Below are positions 36,022 through 49,500 of a DNA stretch of 64,000 nt, piece after piece. Under the pieces are notes generated by a model that made no database searches, was not told where the DNA came from, and worked only from the letters and a program-made list of their open reading frames with translations. Origin of the DNA: Octopus sinensis (lineage: Eukaryota); the NCBI RefSeq assembly GCF_006345805.1, contig NC_043003.1, forward strand, positions 108,500,001 through 108,564,000. Reading direction: 5' to 3'. Numbering within the stretch: position 1 is the stretch's first letter; every line of letters begins with the position of its first letter. The position numbers and the translations under genes were made by a program.

Positions 36022-36271
36022 TATATATACTGATATATATATATATATCTATATATATATATATATACTGATATATATTATATATATATTATATATATAT
36101 ATATATTACTGATATATATATATATATATATATATCTATATATATATACTGATATATATCTATATATCTAATAATATATTTATACTGATATACTATATAT
36201 ATATCTATATATATATATATATATATATATGGATATATACTGATATATATATATATATATGGATATATACT

Positions 36272-36300
<29 letters not shown>
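35530..36300. repeat. (TA)n array punctuated by ACTG
   Basis: Repeated ATATATACTGATATAT. Confidence 0.9.
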
Positions 36301-36303
<3 letters not shown>

Positions 36304-38946
36304 CATATACACAACTTTCTCTCCCTCAATATAAAGATAGCACTGTATGTGGCAAATGTTTTGCTGATTTAAAATTAAATGCAATTTTCGTTGCCAATTC
36401 ATTATCACAATATACTATTATTATTATTATTATTATGTCTAATCGAATTGATTTTTTTTCTTTCAAAGCGTAAGTTATCAATTTTCCCCGAGAGACTAAA
36501 AGAAAAAAATACCACAATTTTTATAAAATTCAAAATAACAATTTGGATAGAACTATGTATAAGGAACGGTTCGATAGACGTGAACGCATTTATATTGGAC
36601 AGCATGTGTGCGCTTTGATCCGTTATCAAATACATTTCTACTTTTTAACAAAATCTAGATATCTAAGCGTATTAAAAAAGTTAACATTTCTTTTTAAGTT
36701 CATATATATAAATCGGTAGTAATTGAGTAAATTATTGAAGTGGCTAAAGTGCCGAACAGGGAACTCTCAGCCTTTGCGTCACTTTCAGAACTTTGCACCG
36801 ATTGAAAAATGCTAAGCATGCAAATGTGTTCATTCATATATTGAGCTCTATTTCATTTTATTAATTTCTTTTTTGGTTGTTCTATACACAGCCTGAATAC
36901 TACTATATATATATATATATATAATGAAATTATTGTATACAGTGCTCAGGTGCACTGAAGAAACAGTAGATTAAACAAAAAGTAGATTGAGACGGTGAGA
37001 AATTGAGTAGAGATGTGAGTGGGGAAGTTGCAATGGAAGAAGAACCTGAAGAAAGCGAGCTGAAGTTTGGCTGAGAAGAAGAAAGCAAGACATCAGTCAG
37101 GGGAGGTCAGTCATCACAGTAAATCGTGGAAAACGGAGGAAAACGAAGAGAAAAATGAGAAGAGATGAGTTAAAGGATGGTTGTAGGGCGAATAAATGGA
37201 GTTCCCTTTGTTAATCATGATTTTCGGGTAAAAACACAGATTGTTAATTCTATGAGTGAGCTACATTAGAAATAATGGTTTGGCTTTAATTTTTAAAAAT
37301 CACTAACAAAATAAAAAAAACCATTCTCCGCCGTGGCCGGAATTTAGAAAAGAAATTTGTTCAAAAGAAAAATCTTTGATGTTCGGAATGTTTTAAAACA
37401 ATTATCAAATAATAATCAAAACTAAAAGGAAAAAAATCATCAGGTTTTTACTTTTATAATAATGCATCTACACACTACAACACTCAAGAAGTAATTTAAT
37501 CTCAGAATAAAATCTAAAATACAAAATCCTGTTTTTATTAATCAAAATATGCTGTTTTGCGATTTTTCTCTCTATATTTTGATAGTTTCAATAATATAGA
37601 AGAAAAATAATTATATACTTAATATAATGAAACAAGAATGGGTGCGATTTAATTACTTAATTGTTACTTGTTTTGTAAATTTAGCAGGTAAAAATAATAG
37701 CATTAATTATGAACGTTGCTTCTTCGTTTGGCTAACACCATAACAATTACGAGGCAAAGAAAATGTTCATAAAATTGACACTTTAATAACAAATCGAGAG
37801 AGAAGCGAGAGGAAAATCTGGAGAAATAGAATTTAGAAAATAGTTTATGCTTTAAGAAGAAAATGTATTTTGATGTATTTTTAGTTCGTATTGAAAGTAA
37901 TCAACGTTTCCCTGTGATGTTTCACAGGAATTGATTATTAGTTTTTAATTTACTAGATTAAAATATAATTTTAAAAAGGATTTGGGTTAAATCAGAAATC
38001 ATTAATTAAAAGGAACAGCTCGATCGATAAAATATGTTCAATTGTTCGATTAAGGTTTTCTCTCATGAGCTTCAAAATCACTTTTGCTGAAACAAAAGAA
38101 AGAACGTGCGAAATTGTTAAATAATGGAAACTGACAATTTGGGTTCGAAGCTAATCGCAGTTCTTTTATTTTTTCCCCCTTTTAGCTTTAAATTTTCACT
38201 GAAATTATTACCTTATAAATTTTTCACATTTCTTTGTATGGCTCTCATATTGTTAAATATTTTGTCAACTTATTTTTATCCATAAAACTTTATCGACTTT
38301 TAAAGAAAGAAAAAAAAAACGTGCTGCCTTTACAAGAAATATAAGAAGTGGTTGGAAATGGTAGACATTGGGGGAAATATATAACTGGGTGTTTTGACAA
38401 TGCTCTCACGGAATAAAACAAAAAAGAAAAACGAATTTCTCGATTTAAGTATTCAGACCAGATAAATGATGTTAACTGAAAGTAAAAGTAAAAGTGAGAT
38501 AAATTTTGAGATGAACTCTTGTTGTTAGAGAAGCCTCCGGTAAAACAGGAACAGATCAACAAAGAATCACGCGACGAGTGCGATGGAGAGATTCTAGCAG
38601 AACTCCATTCCGGAAAGCAGCAGTAATGTAGTGAAGAATTGAAACGACGGAAGATTTGCAGATGGGAATGAAACAAAGAATTCTTCGACCAAAACTGCAT
38701 AGAAATCAAAACATAATTAAATGCATACGTACACACTAACACACGTATATATATATTATTTCCTAGAGAGACATATTCGAAGCTTGGTTACGGTTAAGGA
38801 GAAGTCTAGAAGAAATAAATAGATGTTATCGAAAGCGAATTTAAAAACCCAGTCGACGATGCTTATAAGGGTAGATACAGTTACTTTCGGTAAAGTGATT
38901 TATATGAAAAATTTATATGAAGATTGTGTGGTATCATATGAGAAAG

Positions 38947-38978
<32 letters not shown>

Positions 38979-39399
38979 CCTGTCGAAATTTGACACACAC
39001 ACAAACATAGAATATTAGCGCTGTAAAGATACATGGATTTAATCGACACATACACACTGTTCTGGTGTATATATTTATATATAATCAGAACAGACAGTGA
39101 GCTGAAAATGACAATGACAGTGAAAAATGAGAGGCGAAAGGAATAGAAGGGATGGTAATAAGAAAGAAGAGTCCGGGGGAGGAAACGGGAAACAAGGTTC
39201 CAGACAAGAGGGAGACGGTTCTGTCTGCGAGGAATTTCCATTAACAAAGTGTCACGTTTGCTTCCGTTGTTAAACTAGGTTGGGAGATAAATGTTGCCCA
39301 AACGTGAAATTTCTAGTAAACATGAGTTGGAACCACCCCAAGATGCGAAGAAATAAACAGGCATAAACCCATCATTTCTCTAAGTTAGTCTTTTATACA

Positions 39400-39435
39400 C
39401 ACAAATATGTACATACATACATACATACATACATA

Positions 39436-39486
<51 letters not shown>

Positions 39487-39492
39487 GTACAT

Positions 39493-39537
<45 letters not shown>

Positions 39538-39548
39538 CTGTGTGCGTA

Positions 39549-39581
<33 letters not shown>

Positions 39582-39640
39582 ATATATGTGTGTGTATATA
39601 TATATATATTATATATATATATATATATATACGCACACAG

Positions 39641-39703
<63 letters not shown>

Positions 39704-39770
39704 GGTATGTAGAAAAATACAACATGGACAAGAACGTGTGTATATATATATATATATATATATACGCACA
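39400..39770. repeat. (TA)n/(TACA)n microsatellite with a short internal duplication
   Basis: ACGCACACAGATGTG recurs at ~39630 and ~39763. Confidence 0.85.
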
Positions 39771-40639
39771 CAGATGTGTGTTTTCGTGTGATAAAGGAAA
39801 GCAAAGCAGATATTTTGTATCTTGTTTATAGGTTAGTTAACAAAAGAAATAGTTTAAAAAATATATAAACACAATTTTAATGTCGATGTCGATTTCCGAA
39901 TGAGATGTTTGTCTTATTTTGTACACAACATTCCGTTTGATCTTAATTCTCTCTTTTTTGTTACACACAACAGAATTATATCCTTTTTTTGCTATCAAAA
40001 TCCGGTTAATGTAAATATAAAACATGGTAAATCCAATAATCCAACGAAATCTTTGGATTTGTAAGAATCGCATGAAAAACACCGGCGTTGTTTGAATGTT
40101 TCGGAGAGAAAAAGAAACGAATTTTGAGGAGATTAAAATATAAATCAAAACAAAACAAAGCAAATAAAGGAACAGGAAAAAAGAAAAGAGAAACTTTAAA
40201 GCAATTCAGATATTAAAACATAAAGAAATTCATTATTCGACATCGTCTCAGATTGTGTCTGTGTATAAAGAAGAGGAAAACTAAGCCCCGGGTTATTTTA
40301 AGCAACGATTTTGAGGAGAGGAAAGATGATGAGATGAAAATATTTAGTAAAGATAAAGGTAGAAACATAGGAAATATAACCGATTCTTGGGTAAATGCTT
40401 GCAATCGTGCTTAAAATACAAAATCCTTTTTGTTGATGAACACAAAACATAGAGACTGGAAAATCGTAAAATAGACACAAAAGCAATGAGACACATGTGC
40501 ATGCATTTGTGTGTGAGTGTATATTAGACGCATATTATTCAGAAACATGTATTTTTTTGAGACACACATAATAGAGAAACAGAAAATACACACAAAATAC
40601 ACATTTTAAATATTGATGGATACACGCATATATGCATTA

Positions 40640-40798
40640 GATGGATAGAAGGATAGGTAGATAGATAGGTAGGTAGATAGGTAGATAGATAGATAGATAG
40701 ATGGATAGATAGATAGATAGATAGATAGATCGGTAGATAGATGGATAAATAGACAGACGGATGGATAGATAAAAAGATAGTTAGATAGAAAGATGGAT

Positions 40799-40857
<59 letters not shown>

Positions 40858-40875
40858 CAGAGAGAGAGAGACAGA
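40640..40875. repeat. (GATA)n microsatellite
   Basis: Direct reading. Confidence 0.95.
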
Positions 40876-40909
40876 TTGATAAATAGACATTAAATAGAAG
40901 TGAATTTAC

Positions 40910-40931
40910 CTTTCTTAGATGAGCCATCCAT
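40910..40931 (-). CDS. Candidate first coding segment MDGSSKK (phase 1) ending a long 5'UTR-like exon
   Basis: ATGGATGGCTCATCTAAGAAAG|GTAAAT donor; upstream unique sequence with a (GGA)n tract to ~41300; YY1-type CAAGATGGCG at 41423-41432. Confidence 0.35.
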
Positions 40932-41491
40932 ATAATATTAATTGGGGTAAACAAAAAGGAATTAGAAATGACAACATGAAAGGGTAAGGATCGATGGAAT
41001 AGAATAGAAAGACCACATGCACGTCCAGTCGCAAAGAAGAGACTCGACTCCTTTCACAATAAACAACATTTGTGGAAATGGAAAGAAATGTGGTTGGAGT
41101 CTTAGAGTTGTCCCCCTTGTTTCCTCCTCCTCCTCCTCCTCCGAGTTTTGTTTGTTTTTTAATTTTCTTTCCTTTTTCGCAAACAAGGAAAACCAAGAGA
41201 CACAAATCTGGACGATTCCACTCTTGGCCTGGCTTTGCGGGGGTTTTCGATATTGTTTTCGTTACATGACTTAGTTGGAAAATTAAATAGATTATTGTTG
41301 GACTATATATGAATATATATACGTATATAACTCGTACGATTTCAGCTGCACACACGATAAACACTAAAGAAGTTGCAGCTGCCTGTTCTAGATTTGATTG
41401 CGAACAATGACAATGTTACGTTCAAGATGGCGCTCGGCATATGTAATTAATATTCATAGAGAAATGTGTGTGTGTGGGGGGGGGATATAAT

Positions 41492-41528
<37 letters not shown>

Positions 41529-41638
41529 CATATATATATAATATACATAATATATATATATATATAATATATATATATATAACATATATATATATAATAT
41601 GCATATATATATATATAACATATATATATATGTATATT

Positions 41639-41674
<36 letters not shown>

Positions 41675-41730
41675 AACATATATATATATAATATGCATAT
41701 ATATATATATAACATATATATATGTATATT

Positions 41731-41762
<32 letters not shown>

Positions 41763-43822
41763 ATTTTGCTTAAAATTCATTCAATACTTTCCTCTTTTTT
41801 AAGTTACTCTTTTTTATTTAATACGGGTGGCCAACAGTTTTTTTTTTTTAACAACATATAATTTATTGTGTAAAAACTTTTTCGTTTTGAACAAGTACAC
41901 ATTTCTTTTTTTTTTTCAATGAGTAAAGGATAACTAGCGCTATGAAGCATGTTTTCATCTTCCGTTTAGTTATTAAACGGTGTGAATGAGTTCCAACTGG
42001 GAGTCGAAACCAGGTCGCTTTCGGCGAGCGAGAGCTTTCTTTCGGAGAGCTCGAAGACACCAACAACAATGATTCCGGCACCGACTCCGTCCAGGACCTG
42101 GGATTTAGGAAGGGGGACAACTAGGATATCATAGCATTCATGCCTTTCCCAAAATGGGCGTTGATTGGAGTGTGAAGGGCGAACTTTTACTCAATTGCGC
42201 TCTTCACAACAAACAATAGGGATTTCTTGTGTATATTCAGGACTATACATTTGTAAGGGAGGTGGAGAACTCGTTGACCCAAGTATATATCTGGTACTTA
42301 CTTTGGCGATTTTTCATATGACGACTAAATTCGAAAGAATAAAATACAAACATAATGCGAACTCGAATAGAAAATTTTCTAAAGAATCAAACAGTAATTC
42401 CTCACAATATCTATATTTAATAACGGTTTTTAATCCAAAACATGTAATTGTATAAAATATGTGTTTAACAAGCAGAGCGTCAATGTTTTACGAATCCTTA
42501 GGATAAGAGTTTATGTAAAGCTTTGTAACAAATGTCATAATGGTTCACTAATGATTCATTATGTTCACAAAAGTTGAGTAGAATAATTATATCAAAATAG
42601 TTTAAACTTACAAAGTTAAACAGATAATAACAATAAAAATTAGTTTAAAGGGCCACACACACCTTTAGATAAACATTAGACCAGGGAAAACTGGTGTTTC
42701 TCTCTACATAAAATGTTTAAAATAATCAAAAGCACTCGCCGTATTATCTCAGATAATTGCAAAGCTAAGGCGCAAGAACAACCAGGCACCCTTACAGGTA
42801 TCACCTGTTACTTCAATAAGACGAGACGCCAACAATGATAAAAAAATGTTCGTATTCGGCGGACCAGCTCCCTTGAAAATATATAATTCACCAGAAAATT
42901 AAGAATCTTATTCCGTTCGTCTGTGGACATAGTAGCCCCCACCTCCACTGCAGTGATGAATGATGGAGCGAAAGACTCACTAAAGTGACGCCCCATATGC
43001 AGTATTTATCGCTAACCCTGGGGCAAAGTGAAAGCCCATCAGTCCCTTTTTTTTACGTCCTTGGACAATTTTACTGATTCCAGAATTGAAGTAGTATTAC
43101 TCTAGCAAAAGGATATTGTAAATTAAATTTATTTCAGTGTGGTAGGCAAAGTGGTTTGTCCAGCTGACTTGACAATCTATAAAGAAACCTCAGAATCAAA
43201 GAGTTTGTCGTGTTGACACGTCATTCCAGCCACAGCTCTGATTCTAAGAACAATGGAAATGCTGGGCCCATCTGATGTTCATTACAGGCAAAGCGTCAAG
43301 CCAATCCCCAGAAAATTTACCACTCGCAAAAAGTAAGCGACATTTAGAACACTAAATGTTCAGTCTGATAATGATTTGACTGTAAAATGCTCCAAACTCC
43401 TCTGAATCGATTTATCTTGCTCTGAAACCGATAAATCTAATCCTTTCTGAAGCACAACGCTCTGTCTGCTTCCCTACTGGAGTTAATTTATGCTGAAAAG
43501 AAGATGTTACCCGCCGAAAAGAAAACGAACATGAGTAGAAGAAAATATAGAGAGGCGATTTAGAGGAAAACATTTGTGTAAAATCTGGCCTTCGACTCGT
43601 TAATCAGCCTTGTCAAAGCTGTCTAGCGCAGACCTTAAAATTATATAAAGGGACTCCTTTAAAGTTATATAGAAGTTACTTTTACGGATTATTATGGTGT
43701 AGACAACAAAACGAGAAATCTGGCAGACGTTGGGATTATAAAACTCACGAAAGTGAAAGGTTTGAGCAAACTAAAAGCTTCTGGATAAAGGGAAAGAGTC
43801 AAGATCACTCTATTAAATTATA

Positions 43823-44835
43823 TTGTGTTGGGTCAAAAGTTTTGCAGTATTTCGGTAACTTATTTGTATTATTCGTTGTTAAATTAAAACAAAAGCATCC
43901 TAGCCTTCAAAATAGAGGCCGTCATGTTGCACCGTTTGAAGCCATCTTTCTGTCAGTTCTTCAATCCCACTCCAACACCATTTCCTGTCCTTCGAGGCGA
44001 AGAATTCCTTTACTAAAGCTTCCATTTTGTCTTGGTTGAAGCATCGCGAGCACAGGAGGCAAGCCAGGGATCGGAACAAGGGATAATCGGAGGGAGATAT
44101 TTTTCTGCAATCCTATTGCGCATAAGCAAAGGCCAACGTCCGGAACCTGTCGCCAAACACCGGCGCTTCCAAAGGTGATGCTATGCGTTTGGTGGAATTA
44201 TGAGGGAATAATTCACTTCGTTCCAGGCAGTCGAACCATCTATGCCAACCTGTACTCCGAACAACTGGATCGGATGTATGCCATTGTGCGACAAGAATAT
44301 CCGGCATTGGTAAACAGAAAGCGCGCTCTTCTGCAGCAAGACAACGTAAGACCTCATATCGCTCGAACAACCGGGAACAAATACCAGGAACTTGAGGGAA
44401 CGGAACTGGTACCACATCCAGCATATAGTCCGGACCTCGCTCCCTCGGATTACTACTTGTTCCGATCCACGGTTCACTTCCTGCGCTTGCGACGATTCAC
44501 CAACCAAAAGGAGGTGGAAGCTTCAGTCGGGGAGTTATTCACCTCGAAAGACAAGAACTGGTATCAGTGTGGAATCAAAGAACTGGCAAAAAGGTGGCTT
44601 CAAACGGTGCCGTACGACGACCTCTACAATGAATGCTCAGCTGCTTTTGTTGTAACCTAACGAATAAAGCAAATAGGCGCGGGAGTGGCTGTGTGGTAAG
44701 TAGCTTGCTTACCAACCACATGGTTCCGGGTTCAGTCCCACTGCGTGGCACCTTGGGCAAGTGTCTTCTACTATAGCCTCGGGCCGACCATAAGCCTTGT
44801 GAGTGGATTTGGTAGACGGAAACTGAAGCCCGTCG

Positions 44836-44870
<35 letters not shown>

Positions 44871-44884
44871 TATATATATATTAT

Positions 44885-44980
<96 letters not shown>

Positions 44981-45240
44981 TGTGTTTGTGTGTCTGTGTT
45001 TGTCCCCCCAACATATCTTGACAACCGATGCTGGTGTGTTTACGTTCCCGTAACTTAGCGGTTCGGCAAAAGAGACCGATAGAATAAGAGACCGATAGGC
45101 TTATAAAGAATAAGTCATGGGGTCGATTTCCTCGACTAAAGGCGGTGCTCCAGCATGGCCGCAGTCAAATGACTGAAACAAGTAAAAGAGAGTAAAGAGT
45201 TAAGTTACCAAAATATTGCAAAGCTTTTGACTCAACTCAG
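43823..45240 (+). mobile_element. Mariner derivative with an inverted 3' end replacing the 5' end; SINE inside the right arm
   Basis: TA-flanked TIRs (TTGTGTTGGGTCAAAAG / revcomp CTGAGTTGAGTCAAAAG); ORF 44175..44660 (MLCVWWNYEGI, QQDNVRPH, YSPDLAPSDYYLF). Confidence 0.85.
44676..45200 (+). mobile_element. Full-length SINE family B
   Basis: Same head, body and tail as 32055-32470. Confidence 0.9.
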
Positions 45241-45425
45241 TATCTTACACAAAGTAAAACGAAAAATTAATATTAATTTTTTTTAGAGAATTATAATGAC
45301 TAAAATTTATCCGCATCTTTAAAAAGCTTTAGATTTTCGATGGAATACTTCCTTTCTGTGAAAAGTTTCTCGAATACTTTCATTCTTTACTGCTGTCCCA
45401 TAAACGTAACCCCCTTTAAAGTTTA

Positions 45426-45796
45426 CTAGCACTATGACCCGGCAACGCCAGGTCATAGTGCTAGTGCATGCATATACAGCTGCGTGCATGCGCACCTACA
45501 CGCGAGTACTGTCCAAATCTCCGACCAATCACATACAGCTAGCTGGCATTCAATTGGCGTATCAAGTTTCGGGCATTTTGATTGGGTTTTGGACAGAAAA
45601 TTCACAAAAAGTCACTTCTATTGATTTTTTAATGGCTTTGCGGGGTGACTGGGGAAATGTAAAGATGTGCACGACCACCCTTGGACGGTTTTGAATGACC
45701 ATAGAAAGTGCGAGCCCTATGACTGAAAAATTGTGGATTTGTATAAAGGACACACACACACACACACAGACATTTTGCCGTTTATATATAGAGAGA
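45426..45796 (-). mobile_element. Non-autonomous Helitron (~371 bp)
   Basis: Minus-strand 5' A|TCTCTCTATATATAAA, (TG)n, terminal hairpin, 3' CTAG|T; no TSD. Confidence 0.75.
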
Positions 45797-46308
45797 TAAT
45801 CATGCATTTGCACTTCATGTTGATAATGAAGAACATGATAAATGTCACTGAGTCTCTACAATAAGGTAAATGTCATTTCTACTGACATGTATTGTGTATG
45901 TAGTGAAGTGATGGCCTGAATGCCTGCATAAGCATTGATTTGTCGTTTTTTAACAGCAACTTCTTTACGGATCTTAGCTGTTTTCCTTCGTCAGTAGAAG
46001 ATACCTTATACAGAAAAATGTCCATAAGTAATAAAGAATGAAAATAGTAGATAATAAAAGTATTGTGTCCCTTGGTTCATTTCCAAGTAATTTTGACTAT
46101 TTTCAGGTCAATAAACTTTCAGATTCTTCATGTTGAGTCTTCAGTTGTACTCCAAATTCTACCACCATGTATTTCTGATATAAACCCAATATAAAACCAA
46201 TGTTTGTCACAAAAGATTTTTTAGATTATTTTTTTTCATCAGACTGAACTCTACACATATTATTCGGTAGAGTGGTATAATTTCCTTTTTGTCCTTGGTG
46301 TTCACTAC

Positions 46309-46375
<67 letters not shown>

Positions 46376-46864
46376 ATCTCACCCACTCTCTCTTTACCCT
46401 CTATTTCTCTCTTAATAGAAATCTTAATCTGCAGAAACTTTGAAACTAGAGATAGTCAAACTAACCACTTAATTTAATTTATGGTAAAATATTAGACTGA
46501 TACGAGACTAATTGCATCGTCAATTTTTTCTTCGCCTTTAACTATTTTGTCTCTTTCTTCCCGTTGTTTAATCGTAACCTCCTGTTCTAGGATTGCCTTC
46601 AAGCGGAATATATGACTTTTAGTGGAGTTGAAGAACCAATCGGTTAACTGCAGGATTTTGTGATGATCGAAGGAATTGGCTTCGTCGTGGACTGTTACAG
46701 AGAGGTTTCCCTCGGTACATGGAGATAAACTATTAGTTGTCGACATTGAAATGACATGGCACAAGACAGGTTTTATCGAGGCCAATGAAGTCATTTGAAT
46801 TAACAATAAACGCAGCTAGCTAACTCCATTCTATGATATTATTTTACTATATATACACTCTACG

Positions 46865-49500
46865 ATTATTTTGTAGATCTTCGGTGGCTTCCTGGGAGAC
46901 AAACTCACTTTTCAACTTTCAGTTTGTAGCAGAGCTACATATTACATAGTAATATGTGAGTCGACCTGCACAGCCGACGAATATATCGATGAGGCATCTA
47001 GCCTCGCTTTGATAGAGTAGCCTCGTTTGGAGCTACACAGTAGAAACGATCTCAGTTCCTGCCACCATTCGTTCAAAGACACATGTCTTCTCTGTAGCTC
47101 CACACGCAAGTCTCCCACGTGCGACTTACATGTCTATTCACCTCAACACAAGATATACGGGTCGTAAACGAAGATATTTTATCACACTGTCTGTCAGATC
47201 TTTCGTTATAGCTGTTTAACCTCTTCATATCTTTGACGATCTTCAAAATGTTCTCTACCGATGTTGATGACAAGACACTACGTAGTTCTTTCTTCTGTTC
47301 GTTGCTTCCAGGATTTGAGGTTAATGTTGAAGCTCTTCATTACCTTTCAGTCGTCTTTTGTAGCGTCGCAGCATGAGACAGTGGCGTGATCTCTTGCCGT
47401 TGCAGAGTTCACTTCAGAGTATTTGACGTGACAGCCTAATACTGTTTATGCAGAGGACATGATCTGCCCATCTCAAGCGATACTTGATCGCCTCAGATGG
47501 GCAGATCATGTCCAATGTTGTTGGCCATGACCTATTCAAGAACTGCAAGGTTGTCGACATAGTTCTCCCATTTACCGATCCTTACTGACCGAAGTTTCTT
47601 TTGAGAAAATCGTTCCAGTTTTCGGATATCCCAGCGGTACAAAGTCCACGTCTCAACCTTTGAGTAAGATGGAAACAACCACGACCTCATACACCACGTC
47701 CTTGGTAGATCAAGAGTTTGTAGTTTCTTGTTTCCCAAGACTCGATGGAAGAGTTTTTCCAAAAGTGATATGAGCAGCTCAGATCCTGTTTTAGACGTAC
47801 TTCTCAGCGTTACATTGGGCGGAGAGCAACTGGAACTGATTTTCTTGTTCCAGTTGTGTTTTGGAGATGGTGATGGTGAAATCTTGAAAAATTGAGTTTG
47901 AATCAGGTTCTGTAAGGGTTTCAGGTTTTTGGATGTTGATTGTCAAATCGAAGCGACCACTCGTATATTTGAAGTTATTGACCGATTTCTGCATTTCTTC
48001 GAAACAATAAGATGGCGAAGCATCGTCATCGGCGTCCTGTGGTTCAGTGACATGAATGCAATCGGTCAGTGAGTGGACGGAATGCAGAGTCCACCATCGA
48101 AGCAATAATTGATCTTGAGCTTGTTGCGTGAAATTTCGTGGAACATGGCTGCAAGGAACTGGGAGAAGAAGGTTAGAATGGGAACATATTCTTGCTTTAA
48201 GTCATTGGTGATCGGGAAATCTCCTGACGCGTGGTTTTCATGGGTTACCTGTCCTGTAATACCATCGTTGAGTATCCGAATGAATATCACAAGACAATTG
48301 GGGCAACCAAATTGTCGTATGCAGTACGGTGTCGAAAGCCTTCTCGCCATCATAAAATTCCAGGAAAATCCCTGCTGTTCTCTGTATTTTTCCTGTAACT
48401 GTCCTACACAGAATATTATGTCAATTGTAGTTCTAGAAGCACGAAATCTACGCTGAGATTTCGGTTACACTTTCTCCGAGATGACTAGAAGATAATTTGG
48501 CAATATTCTGGCGGTTTTATCCTTGGATAGAGAGGAGTATATGCCACGGTTGTTTCCATAAATACTGCGATCTCCTTTCTTAAAAATCGTAACGATTATG
48601 ACATTCTTTATATCTGCAAACATTTGGGTTTCTCACATTTTCAGAATGAGCTAGAATAGCCTTGTTCTTAAAGAGTGGCCAGTATTTTGGAAGAGTTGTA
48701 AATCGTTGTTATCTAGAACAGGTGACTTCCTCGCTTTCTTCATTTTAATTGCATTGCTGTATTCACGAAAAGATGGAGGGCTCGACTACCATGGTTGAGG
48801 GAGATGTTGAGGCACAGTTCTAAGGAAGCCTTCTGTTGCAGTTGAGCTCTTAAGTGATCTTTTCAGCAGTTTAGGATGCTTTGGCTGTTAGTGAGAATGT
48901 TGGTGCTGTCGGAAGTCGTCAAAGTACAGGTTGAGGCTCAAGGTGGGCAGTAGAGTTCTTTGATACAAGTGAAGAAATTTCTAAGGTCTCTGAGGTCTGT
49001 ATCGTTGAAGTTCGATAGCCATTTTAGTTGCTTTGAATGTTTCTAGTCTGAGTTTGATATGGCCACTTAGATCTTGAAAGTGTTACTTGAAGTTAGGTCT
49101 TGTACAAGGGACAGGTGATCATCTCTTTTAGCACTGAGGAATTTTGAAATTTTCGTTGTTTTCATCGAACCAATCCCAGTTCTCCCTTTTCGTGAAGCCG
49201 AAAGTGTTTTCAATTGCTTTTTTTGGATGATGTTTCGGACGACTGTCTTCTTTTCAGCGGTGTCCTTGGCGTTAGCGGTGCTATTTGTCGGCTGGTCTTT
49301 GATGTATTCTTGGAATTCTTCGGTTTGGTCTTTAAGTTTCGATGCATTTAACTTTCTTCTTCGCCGACACTTTAAGTGGACAGGTGTTTAATGATGAAGA
49401 GAAATTCTGAGTCGGCTGATGGAGGTGTTGTTTGTGGTCCGCCAAGTGGTCGTCTGACTTTCTTGTTGTCATGGTGACAGCGACGTCTTTCTCGTCGTAA
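46865..49500 (-). mobile_element. Heavily degraded RTE/BovB-like LINE
   Basis: Remnants CPNCLVIFIRILNDG..DFPITNDLKQ..PILT, FDLTINIQK, VETWTLYR, KYRLRWADHV; 3' GCCACCGAAGATCTAC. Confidence 0.8.

Noticed and set aside
36326-38080. Strong minus-strand acceptors near 36495 and 38078 as extra exons
   Set aside because: No convincing donor follows either, so they cannot be placed in the gene model.
38465-38700. Protein-like stretch (LLEKPPVKQEQINKESRDEC..)
   Set aside because: Needs a frameshift and contains stops; no domain that I recognise.
45970-46000. Minus-strand CTGACGA..TCCGTAA hammerhead-like remnant
   Set aside because: GAAA and stem III are missing; too degenerate to call.
46492-46806. 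ORF as a Penelope GIY-YIG C-terminus
   Set aside because: Only a vague resemblance (KILQLTDWF); no GIY/YIG motifs or adjacent RT.
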